From positions 165,430 to 189,429 of the forward strand of contig NZ_JBGGNH010000073.1 of NCBI RefSeq assembly GCF_041287625.1: a DNA stretch of 24,000 bases, read 5' to 3'. Both the position numbers and the translations under genes were made by a program. Source of the stretch: Ideonella sp. (GTDB lineage Bacteria; Pseudomonadota; Gammaproteobacteria; Burkholderiales; Burkholderiaceae_C). Shown one piece after another: positions 7,828-15,498 of the stretch; position 1 is the stretch's first letter, and every line of letters begins with the position of its first letter. The notes beneath the pieces were generated by a model, which was given only the letters and a program-made list of their open reading frames with translations, made no database searches and was not told the DNA's origin.

Positions 7828-9533
7828 AGTTCCAGTACCGCTACTACGGCAGCACCTCGGTCGATGCCAGCGACACCACGCAGGCCTTCAGCCTCGCGCC
7901 GGACACGCTGCGCCCGCCCACCAGCTTCCAGGGCGAGCTGCGCCGCAGCGGCGGCGTGCACCTGGCGTTCCGCGAAGCTCTGTCGGCGCTGCATTCGGTG
8001 GTGGTGAGCGACCAGCGCTACCGCGGCCGCGACCCCTCGGCCTACAAGACCTGGCTGGAGGCCAACGAGAACACGCTGCTCACGCAGTACATGCAGCAAG
8101 CGCAAACGCTACGTGCCGAGGCGAGTGCCGTCACCAGCGAGCTGAAGACCCTGCGCAACCAGAAGGACACGCTGCTGCGCCCCTTCTACATAGCCAGGCA
8201 GAAATACTTCAACTGGCTCTACCTGGCCAACCGCGACGCCTGGTACGTGTTGGACCCGGTGATCACCGTACACCCCGAGCGCCTGCTGTTCGAGGCCTTC
8301 AGCCAGGACGAGTCCAGCTACTGCGCGGTGAGCGTCAGCCACAACGTGTTCAGTCGCACTGCCGAGATGGCCTGCGGCACGACCAACATCGACTACTCCA
8401 TCGGCCTGTTCGACGAGTTCCAGAAGATTCGCGACTACAAGGCCACGAGCTTCCAGGTGGACCCGGCCGGCTTCAGCGTGGCCACCGGCAGCGACCCGGC
8501 CTTCCGCGAAGAAAAGATCGACCTGCCCGACAGCTGGGTGCGCGGCTTCCTGCAGGTCTCCAGCGCGATGACGCTGCCGGCCACCGTGCTGGAGCTGCAC
8601 CCGATGGACCTGCACAACCTGTGCGCCACCTTGCGCCAGCACAAGGAACGCGCCGGCCCCCGCTCGCTGCGCTTCGAGCTGTCGCCGGGCCAGCCGGCCC
8701 GCCTGGTGTTCGAGCCCTGGGGCATCGAACTCACGGCGCGGCGCAGCGCCATCGTCGGCACGCCGCTCAGCGAGCCACGCAGCATCCGCCTGTGGGGCCG
8801 GCGCCGGCTGCTCACGCTGGAGCGGCTGATCGCGCTCGCCACCCGCGTGCGGGTGCACCTGCTGGGCACCGGCATGCCGAGCTTCTGGGTCATCGAGATG
8901 GGCGAGATCAGCGTCACGCTGGGGCTTTCGGGCTGGACGGCCAACGACTGGTCCGCCGCCGGCCGCTTCAACCTGCTGGCACCGCGCCACACCGTGAGCG
9001 CGGCCACCAAGCAGGCCGTGGCCGCGGCGCTGCAGCGCGACTGGGTGGCCACGCCAGCCGAACTCGCCGCCCGCACTGCGCTGCCCGAAGCGGACGTGAG
9101 CGCCGCGCTTGCGCTGTGGGTGCAGGCCGGCCGCGCGGTGTACGACCTGCCGGGCCAGCGCTACGCCTGGCGCGAACTGTCGCGCGAACCTTTGCCGCTG
9201 GAAACGCTGCGCTTTGCCAGCCCCGAGGAAGACGCGGCGCTGAAGCTGGTGCAGGCGCGTGGCGGTGTCACGCTGAAGGACATCGGCGCCAGTGGCGACG
9301 GGCAGCTGCGCATCACGGGCACGGTGAAGGACGGCAAACGCGAGTTCTCGCCATCGCTGCTGCTGAATGCCGACGAACAGCTGCGCGACGCGCAATGCGG
9401 CTGCAACTTCTTCCAGCAGAACAAGCTGCGCCGCGGGCCGTGTGCGCACATGCTGGCGCTGCGTCAGGTGGCACAACCGAAGTTGAATGAAACCAGAACA
9501 CAGCGCGCCGTGACGGCTGGAGAAGCGGCATGA
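7824..9533 (+). CDS. SWIM zinc-finger family protein (YehQ-like)
   Basis: C-terminal CxCx12CxH signature CGCNFFQQNKLRRGPCAH at nt 9397-9450. The ATGA overlap with the upstream gene indicates translational coupling. GC3 is high. Confidence 0.9.
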   Translation: MKFQYRYYGSTSVDASDTTQAFSLAPDTLRPPTSFQGELRRSGGVHLAFREALSALHSVVVSDQRYRGRDPSAYKTWLEANENTLLTQYMQQAQTLRAEASAVTSELKTLRNQKDTLLRPFYIARQKYFNWLYLANRDAWYVLDPVITVHPERLLFEAFSQDESSYCAVSVSHNVFSRTAEMACGTTNIDYSIGLFDEFQKIRDYKATSFQVDPAGFSVATGSDPAFREEKIDLPDSWVRGFLQVSSAMTLPATVLELHPMDLHNLCATLRQHKERAGPRSLRFELSPGQPARLVFEPWGIELTARRSAIVGTPLSEPRSIRLWGRRRLLTLERLIALATRVRVHLLGTGMPSFWVIEMGEISVTLGLSGWTANDWSAAGRFNLLAPRHTVSAATKQAVAAALQRDWVATPAELAARTALPEADVSAALALWVQAGRAVYDLPGQRYAWRELSREPLPLETLRFASPEEDAALKLVQARGGVTLKDIGASGDGQLRITGTVKDGKREFSPSLLLNADEQLRDAQCGCNFFQQNKLRRGPCAHMLALRQVAQPKLNETRTQRAVTAGEAA

Positions 9534-9552
9534 GCACTGATAGACTTCTTGC

Positions 9553-9781
9553 GGGTGCAGCGCGTTGGCTCTTGCAATCCGGGCGATGTTTCGTCGCCCT
9601 TGCCAACCGCCTGTTCATGCGTCACGGGTGCCGTCTTCACTGTGCCGCGCTCGCGCCCTGTGCGCAATTGCGGTTGGGCTTGTCTCAAGCCAATTGGCGC
9701 ACAGGGCGCGGCGCGGCGTCGAGTGGACAGCCCCCGTCCTCGGAGCCCCTCGGGCTCTTCGATGAGAAACGCGCTGCACCC
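9553..9781 (+). ncRNA. Retron msr-msd non-coding RNA
   Basis: a1 GGGTGCAGCGCGTT (9553-9566) is the perfect reverse complement of a2 AACGCGCTGCACCC (9768-9781). GG at 9567-9568 lies directly 3' of a1 and is the candidate branching G. There is an msr hairpin GGGCGA/TCGCCC (9581-9599). The msd long stem pairs 9644-9670 with 9691-9717 (7+14+5 bp, two 1-nt bulges), and a second hairpin GAGCCC-ctc-GGGCTC lies at 9743-9757. a2 ends 29 nt before the RT ATG. Confidence 0.8.
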
Positions 9782-9810
9782 ACCCTTCCCGTTCCTGGAG
9801 CGATGGCAGC

Positions 9811-11736
9811 ATGAGCGGCGAGCGTCAACCGACCCGCGCCGAGCTGATCGCGCGCATTGCCGCGTCCAGCAAGGACGCCGTGGTGCTGAAGGAAATGCAG
9901 CGCTCGGGCTTCTGGCCGAAAGATGCCGCCGCCCCGACCGTCGAAGCCGCGCTGATCCAGCGCGAAGCCGAGCTGGTGCAGGTGCTGAACAAGCTGCAGG
10001 CCGAACTGCGCGAGAAGGGCGACCCGCAGGCCGCGCTGAAGGCCATGCGCCAGCAACGCATGGCCGAGGCCAAGGAACGCCGCGAGGCCACCGCGCAGAA
10101 GCTCGAACGTGAACGCTACGAACGCGCGCTGCAGTGGCGCGAGCGCAGTCGGCATGAGATCGGCTACCTGGGCCAGGGCGTGTCGGCCGGCTTGCAGCCG
10201 CGCCCGGACAACGCAGGCTCGCACGAGAAGCTGCAGCGCCAGGGCCTGCCATTGCTGGACACGCCACAGGCACTGGCCGATGCGATGGGCGTGCCGGTGG
10301 CCGAGCTGCGTTTCCTGGCCTTCCACCGCGAGGTGGCGCGCACGCAGCACTACCGCCGCTTCTCGCTGCCGAAGAAAACGGGCGGCGTGCGCACGATCAG
10401 CGCGCCGATGCCGCGGCTCAAGCGCGCGCAGTACTGGGTGCTGGACAACGTGCTGGCCAAGGTGACTGTGCATGCGGCTGCGCACGGTTTCCTGCCGGGC
10501 AGGTCCATCGTCAGCAATGCCGCGCCGCATGCGGGCCAAGCGGTGGTCATCAACCTGGACCTGAAGGATTTTTTCCCCAGCGTCGCCTACCCGCGCATCA
10601 AGGGCGTGTTCCGCGCGCTGGGCTACAGCGAGGCCACGGCCACGCTGCTGGCCCTGCTGTGCAGCGAAAACGTGTGCGACGAACTGCAGGTCGACGGCGA
10701 GCGCTTCTTCGTGGGCCGCACCGCGCGCGAACGTGTGCTGCCGCAAGGCGCACCCACCAGCCCGATGCTGACCAACATCCTGTGCCGCAGGCTGGACAAG
10801 CGGCTGCAGGGCATTGCCACCAAGCTCGGCTTCACCTACACCCGCTATGCCGACGACCTGAGCTTCTCGGCCTCGGGCGAGGCCGCCAGCCTGACCGGGC
10901 GCCTGCTGCGCCAGGTGCACCACATCCTGAAGGCCGAAGGCTTCACGCCGCACCCTGACAAGCAGCATGTGATGCATGCTGGCCGCCGCCAGGAGGTGAC
11001 AGGGGTTGTGGTCAACAAACAGCCCGCCGTCTCTCGCGAGCAGCGCCGTGCGTTGCGCGCCGCGCTGCACCGCGCAACGCACCAAGGCGTTGAGGCCGCC
11101 ACCTGGCAAGGCGAACCCGCCGCCCGCAATGTGCTGCTCGGCTACGCCCAGTTCGTCACGATGGTGAATGCCAGGCACGGCGCGCCGCTGCTGGCGCAGG
11201 CCAAGGCGCTGCCTTCGGCGGCCTCCGCGCCTTCGGCGATGACGAAGGCCGTGCCGTCAGGCCAGTTCCGCCGGCACGCCGCTGAAGGCAAGGCCCCGCC
11301 GCGCGCCAATGGCGCTTGGTGGCAGCCGGCGCCAAAGCCCGAGCCGGTGCTGCTGAAGACGGCGGGGCAGATCAAGGCCGAACGGCAGGCCCGCCTGGCT
11401 GAGGTGCGCGCCGAGCGCCAGGCCGCGAAGGTCACGGCGACCCAGGCCGCAACCCCTCGCCGCTTGCCGCGCACTGCCACGCCGCCTTCCGCAGCCGCAG
11501 CCAGTGACCTGCAGCAGGAGACCCACGCCCCGCTGCTGCCTCGCATGCGCTGGGAGATCGCTGCAGCCCAGGTGGCGATGCTGATCTACCTGTCGGTGCG
11601 TCTCAAGAGCCCGGGCCTCTTCATGATCGGCTCGCTGTGGCTGGGCTGGCGCGTGATGCGGCGCAAGTTCGGCTGGACGGGCTACTTCGTGGCGATGCTG
11701 GTCATCGGGGTCGCGGCGCTCATGCTGCGGCTGTAA
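9811..11736 (+). CDS. Retron-type reverse transcriptase with N-terminal coiled-coil extension and C-terminal transmembrane domain
   Basis: Motifs collinear with Ec86 RT: NAAPHAG (NAxxH), VINLDLKDFFPSV, LPQGAPTSPMLTNI, YTRYADDLSFS (YADD), QEVTGVVVN (VTG). GGAG lies 10 nt upstream of the ATG. An extra ~140 aa N-terminus is present. The last 65 aa contain 2-3 hydrophobic helices (IAAAQVAMLIYLSV, GLFMIGSLWLGW, GYFVAMLVIGVAALML). Confidence 0.93.
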   Translation: MSGERQPTRAELIARIAASSKDAVVLKEMQRSGFWPKDAAAPTVEAALIQREAELVQVLNKLQAELREKGDPQAALKAMRQQRMAEAKERREATAQKLERERYERALQWRERSRHEIGYLGQGVSAGLQPRPDNAGSHEKLQRQGLPLLDTPQALADAMGVPVAELRFLAFHREVARTQHYRRFSLPKKTGGVRTISAPMPRLKRAQYWVLDNVLAKVTVHAAAHGFLPGRSIVSNAAPHAGQAVVINLDLKDFFPSVAYPRIKGVFRALGYSEATATLLALLCSENVCDELQVDGERFFVGRTARERVLPQGAPTSPMLTNILCRRLDKRLQGIATKLGFTYTRYADDLSFSASGEAASLTGRLLRQVHHILKAEGFTPHPDKQHVMHAGRRQEVTGVVVNKQPAVSREQRRALRAALHRATHQGVEAATWQGEPAARNVLLGYAQFVTMVNARHGAPLLAQAKALPSAASAPSAMTKAVPSGQFRRHAAEGKAPPRANGAWWQPAPKPEPVLLKTAGQIKAERQARLAEVRAERQAAKVTATQAATPRRLPRTATPPSAAAASDLQQETHAPLLPRMRWEIAAAQVAMLIYLSVRLKSPGLFMIGSLWLGWRVMRRKFGWTGYFVAMLVIGVAALMLRL

Positions 11737-11824
11737 CACGGCGACCGGGCTCGGCGGCGGGGCTGCGACAAAGCGTGCACAAGTTCGCCCCGACCCGGTC
11801 TTTTGCTCACTCGCTGCCCCGACA

Positions 11825-13669
11825 ATGCGCGCCATGTTTGCGGAAGCCCCCCGTTCGCCGCCCTCCTCTTTCCTGCCTGACCTGGACCGCCTCGGCGATG
11901 AGGCGACCGACCTGGCGCTGCGCCGCGAGGCCATCCGTTTCACGATGGGGTTCGTCTGGCACAGCGTGCCGCTGATGGGACTGGTCGTGGCCATGCTGCT
12001 GTGGCTGGTGCGCCACCGGCCGGAGGCCTGGGCGCTGGCCGGGCTGGTGGCGCTGCTGGCACTGGTCAGCTGCAGCGGGCGGGTGCTGCTGCAGCGCGCG
12101 AGCCGCCAGGCGGAGCTGCAGGAGCCGGTCGAGCTGCGCCGTTTCGAGCGCCGCATGGCCTGGTACCACGGGCTCTGCTGCGCGGCGTGGATCATTGCCA
12201 CGCCGGGCGTCTATCAGTTCCTTGATTCCGAGGGGCGCGCGGTCTACACCGTGCTGCTGATCGGCTCGGCTTCGCTGTCGGGCTTCTACATGGCCATGGC
12301 CGCGCGCTGGGGCGAAGCGGTGCTGCTCTCGGTGCTGGTGCCGCTGGTGATCCAGACGCTGCTGCCCGACACTCGTTCATGGCCGATGGCACTGGTCGCG
12401 CTGGCTTTCCTGGCCGGGCTGTGGCGAGTGCTGCATGCCGTGCGGCGAACCACGGTACTGGCCATCCGCCGGGGCTTCCAGGCCAATGTGCACAACCAGA
12501 CGCTGCGCGAAGCAATGGCCCAGGCCGAGGAAGCGGCAGCCGCGAAGTCGCGCTTCCTGGCGACCATGAGCCATGAGATCCGCACGCCGATGAACGGCGT
12601 GCTGGGCGCGCTGAGCCTGCTGGGCGGCGCGCCGCTGGCGCCCGAAAACGCCAAGCTGCTGGAGGTGGCCCGGCAGTCCAGCGAAAGCCTGCTGGACGTG
12701 CTGAACGATGTGCTGGACTACTCCAAGATCGAAGCCGGCCACCTGGACCTGCACGACAACCCGGCCCAGCTGGCGCAGCTGGCCGGCGGCGTGCACACCT
12801 TGTTTGCCGCCAGTGCAGATGCGAAAGGCCTGCCGCTGAAGCTGGTGATGGCCCAGGGCCTGCCGGGCTGGATCAGCGTGGACGAACACCGGCTGCGCCA
12901 GGTGCTGATGAACCTGGTGGCCAATGCGCTGAAGTTCACGCCTGCGGGCGGCGTCACGCTGCGGTTGCGGCCGGCGGGCATGAGCGGCGGCCAGCCGCTG
13001 ATCCGCTTCGAGGTGGAGGACACCGGCATCGGCATTCCGGCCGAGCGCATGTCGCAGCTGTTCCAGCCGTTCCAGCAGGTGGACCAGGGCCACCAGCGCG
13101 CGTTTGGCGGCAGCGGCCTGGGCCTGGCCATTTCGCAGCGGCTGGTGGAGCGCATGGGCAGCCGCATCGACGTGCGCAGCGTGCCCGGCCAGGGCAGCTG
13201 CTTCGGCTTCACGCTGCGCCTGCCGCTGGCCCATGCGCCAGCCGCGCTGCCGGTGGCGCCGGTGGCGGCGGCCGCTTCGTCGCTCAGCGGGCGTGTGCTG
13301 GTGGCGGAAGACAACGCGGTGAACCTGATGATCGCCGCGCAGCTGCTGCGCGACATGGGGCTCACGGTGCTCGAAGCGCGCGACGGCGAAGAGGCGTTGG
13401 AGACCCTGCGCAGCGCCGCGGTCGACTTGGTGCTGATGGATGGCCAGATGCCGGTGATGGACGGCTACGCCGCCACGCGGGCCTGGCGCGCCCACGAGCA
13501 GGCCAACCGCATGCCGCGCCGGCCCATCGTGGCACTCACGGCCAATGCGCTGCCGGAGGACGTGCGCATGGCGCTGGACGCCGGCATGGACGACCACCTC
13601 GCCAAGCCCTACGGCCCGGGCGAACTGAAGGCGCTGCTGGCGCAGTGGCTGCCGCCCACGCCGGCCTGA
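11825..13669 (+). CDS. Hybrid sensor histidine kinase/response regulator
   Basis: N-terminal multi-TM region; H-box SRFLATMSHEIRTPMNGV; HATPase motifs (NLVANALKFT, DTGIGI, GGSGLGLAIS). The C-terminal receiver domain has VLVAEDNAVN, DLVLMDGQMPVMDG, LTANAL and HLAKP. Confidence 0.9.
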   Translation: MRAMFAEAPRSPPSSFLPDLDRLGDEATDLALRREAIRFTMGFVWHSVPLMGLVVAMLLWLVRHRPEAWALAGLVALLALVSCSGRVLLQRASRQAELQEPVELRRFERRMAWYHGLCCAAWIIATPGVYQFLDSEGRAVYTVLLIGSASLSGFYMAMAARWGEAVLLSVLVPLVIQTLLPDTRSWPMALVALAFLAGLWRVLHAVRRTTVLAIRRGFQANVHNQTLREAMAQAEEAAAAKSRFLATMSHEIRTPMNGVLGALSLLGGAPLAPENAKLLEVARQSSESLLDVLNDVLDYSKIEAGHLDLHDNPAQLAQLAGGVHTLFAASADAKGLPLKLVMAQGLPGWISVDEHRLRQVLMNLVANALKFTPAGGVTLRLRPAGMSGGQPLIRFEVEDTGIGIPAERMSQLFQPFQQVDQGHQRAFGGSGLGLAISQRLVERMGSRIDVRSVPGQGSCFGFTLRLPLAHAPAALPVAPVAAAASSLSGRVLVAEDNAVNLMIAAQLLRDMGLTVLEARDGEEALETLRSAAVDLVLMDGQMPVMDGYAATRAWRAHEQANRMPRRPIVALTANALPEDVRMALDAGMDDHLAKPYGPGELKALLAQWLPPTPA

Positions 13670-13679
13670 GTTCAGGTTT

Positions 13680-14519
13680 TCAAGCCGCCTCGCGATGTTG
13701 CGGCGGGTTGACCGGTACCGCCCAGTTGGCGTGTTGTGCCAGCCACTCGTGGGCCAGCTCGTCGTCCTGCTGCGAAGGGTGGAAGTCGGTGCGCAGGTAG
13801 CGACGCCACGGGCCGAACAGCTCGCGCACCATGCCACCCTGGCCAAACAGGAAACGCGCGCCGCTGGACCAGGTGGACCAGCGCCAGAGGCTGCGGTCGT
13901 GCCAGAGGTTGTTCACCGTCTGGCGCAGCAGGTCGGTGGTGAAGTGCCAGGTGACGATGTAGAACAGCCGGCGCCGCCAGCGCACGTCGCCGCCCAGCGC
14001 GTAGTACAGGTCGAAGGCCGTGCAGCGGTGTTCGGACTCTTCGCTGGCATGCCAGCGCCACAGCAGCTGCAGCCGCTCCTCGGTGCCGGCCAGCGGCGCG
14101 TCGAGGCTCAGCAGGTGCTCGGCCATGATGGCGGTGAAATGCTCGGTGGCGGCAGTCAGCCCCAGCCAGACCCGAGGCTCCATGCCTTCGAGCCGCTTCA
14201 GGCGGTGGCGGATGCGCCCTTCCCAGTGGTTCACCAGGCCTTGCTGCTGCAGGTGCTGGTTGAACAGCTGGTGGATGCGCCGGTGTGTGGCCTCCTGCCC
14301 AATGAAACCCCTGGCCTCGGCCTCGTGGCGCTCGCGTTGTTCGGGTGGCAGCGCCTGCAGCCCGAGCTTCACCGAGTCGATGAAAAACTGCTCGCCCAGC
14401 GGGAAACTCATTGACAGCGCATTGAAGAACGCCGTTCGGAAGGCGTCTCCCCCGTTCCAGTGCCGCGTCAGCGGCGTCTCGAGGTCGATCAGCAATCGAC
14501 GGATGACGAGATCGGTCAC
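13680..14519 (-). CDS. Predicted metal-dependent hydrolase (PF10118-type)
   Basis: RHWNGGDAFRTAFFNALSMSFPLGEQFFIDSV and GFIGQEATHRRIH match this family. The preferred start is GTG 14519, preceded by GGAG. The track's TTG at 14549 is the alternative. Confidence 0.8.
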   Translation of the reverse strand: MTDLVIRRLLIDLETPLTRHWNGGDAFRTAFFNALSMSFPLGEQFFIDSVKLGLQALPPEQRERHEAEARGFIGQEATHRRIHQLFNQHLQQQGLVNHWEGRIRHRLKRLEGMEPRVWLGLTAATEHFTAIMAEHLLSLDAPLAGTEERLQLLWRWHASEESEHRCTAFDLYYALGGDVRWRRRLFYIVTWHFTTDLLRQTVNNLWHDRSLWRWSTWSSGARFLFGQGGMVRELFGPWRRYLRTDFHPSQQDDELAHEWLAQHANWAVPVNPPQHREAA

Positions 14520-14545
14520 GACGGCTCCTTTCGGCGGGCTTGGAC

Positions 14546-14770
14546 TCAATAGTGCGGCGGCAAATCGTCCCTGAGACTGCGGAACTCCCCGTTGCCGCTT
14601 TGCGTGGGCACCTGCTGGCGCAGCTGGCGCAGTTCGTTGATCAGCAGGTCGAGCTGCTGCTGCTGGCGCACGATGACCTCGTTGAGCTGTTCAACCAGGT
14701 CTTCGGTGAAGCTGGCCTTGATTTCCAGCGCCACGAGGCGTTGTTCGACTTGTTCTGGATCTGCAGGCAT
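14546..14770 (-). CDS. slyX: SlyX family protein
   Basis: 74-aa coiled-coil protein MPADPEQVEQRLVALEIKASFTEDLVEQLN... ending in PPHY, as E. coli SlyX does. The start is ATG at 14770; the upstream part of the track ORF is discarded. Confidence 0.8.
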   Translation of the reverse strand: MPADPEQVEQRLVALEIKASFTEDLVEQLNEVIVRQQQQLDLLINELRQLRQQVPTQSGNGEFRSLRDDLPPHY

Positions 14771-14978
14771 GAAGGTAAAGGATAGGCCGGCACAACGGAT
14801 CGGGACAATCCCCGCCGTTGAATGGGCATGCACTCTACCAATCCCGGGTTGCCCTGCTCGTAGGGTGCGGCCCGGCGCGATGCTTTGAGCCTTCCCGGAG
14901 ATCCCGTTGGAAAGACGCATTGCACCGGCCGGGCCGCAGCGGGTTGCATCAAGTCAACCCGCGAACTCGAAGCAGGAA

Positions 14979-15197
14979 TTACTTCTTGCTGTTTTCGTTG
15001 CCGATCACGCCGCCGATGACGCCACCGGCGACAGCGCCGCCGGTCGTGCCGCCGGTGATGACCGACCCTGCAATCGCGCCGAGACCGGCGCCGACTGCCG
15101 TGTCACGGGTCTGGTTGGACATGCCGGCGCAAGCCGTCAGCGAGATCAGGGAGGCGCTCAGGGCGGCCATGGCGGCCAGACGGAGGGATGAAGACAT
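14979..15197 (-). CDS. osmB: OsmB-like glycine-zipper lipoprotein
   Basis: 72 aa with lipobox LTAC and a Gly-zipper AVGAGLGAIAGSVITGGTTGGAVAGGVIGGVIG, close to E. coli OsmB in length and pattern. An AGGAG RBS lies 8 nt upstream of the ATG. Confidence 0.8.
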   Translation of the reverse strand: MSSSLRLAAMAALSASLISLTACAGMSNQTRDTAVGAGLGAIAGSVITGGTTGGAVAGGVIGGVIGNENSKK

Positions 15198-15498
15198 GGT
15201 GTGAACTCCTTTGGGGTTGGCGGCACTGCGATGCCTGGATCAGGCGCCGACCCATGTGCCGAGGTCAGTGAAGCTGAGTCTGGACCTGCTCAAGCGTCTC
15301 TCTCATCGGCCATGGCCTTCTCCGGGTGTCAGACCAGGACGACGCGCTGCCAGGCGGGTCTTCCGGACGTGGCTCGGCCTGGGCGGCACGGCACCTCGCT
15401 TGCTCAGGGTTCGACGACCGCGGGCGCGCAGGTCCGAGGTCTTGTTTCGGACCCGGCTGGCCAGCGAAGCCGTCGCGGGTCGGGGCCATGTCGCGCCT

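Noticed and set aside
9530-9814. Small ORFs overlapping the SWIM-RT intergenic region (9530-9814 +, 9565-9765 +, 9615-9812 -, and the start of 9549-10112 +).
   Set aside because: The region is explained better as the structured retron ncRNA (a1/a2 repeats and a 26-bp stem). The ORF products are Arg/Cys/Pro-rich with no RBS or motif.
11825-13669. The hybrid sensor kinase as a fifth member of the retron block.
   Set aside because: It is separated from the RT stop by 88 nt that contain a weak hairpin plus T-run (GACCGGG 11743-11749 pairing with CCCGGTC 11794-11800, then TTTT). It is an ordinary two-component protein with no obvious link to the retron. Co-transcription cannot be excluded without data.
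14939-14962. Hairpin GCGGGTTG-catcaagt-CAACCCGC just downstream of the osmB-like stop, and a similar hairpin GGTCCGA/TCGGACC at 15431-15453 downstream of the PIG-L gene, considered as intrinsic terminators.
   Set aside because: Neither is followed by a U/T tract on the relevant strand, so they are not canonical rho-independent terminators. They are noted only as possible RNA structures.
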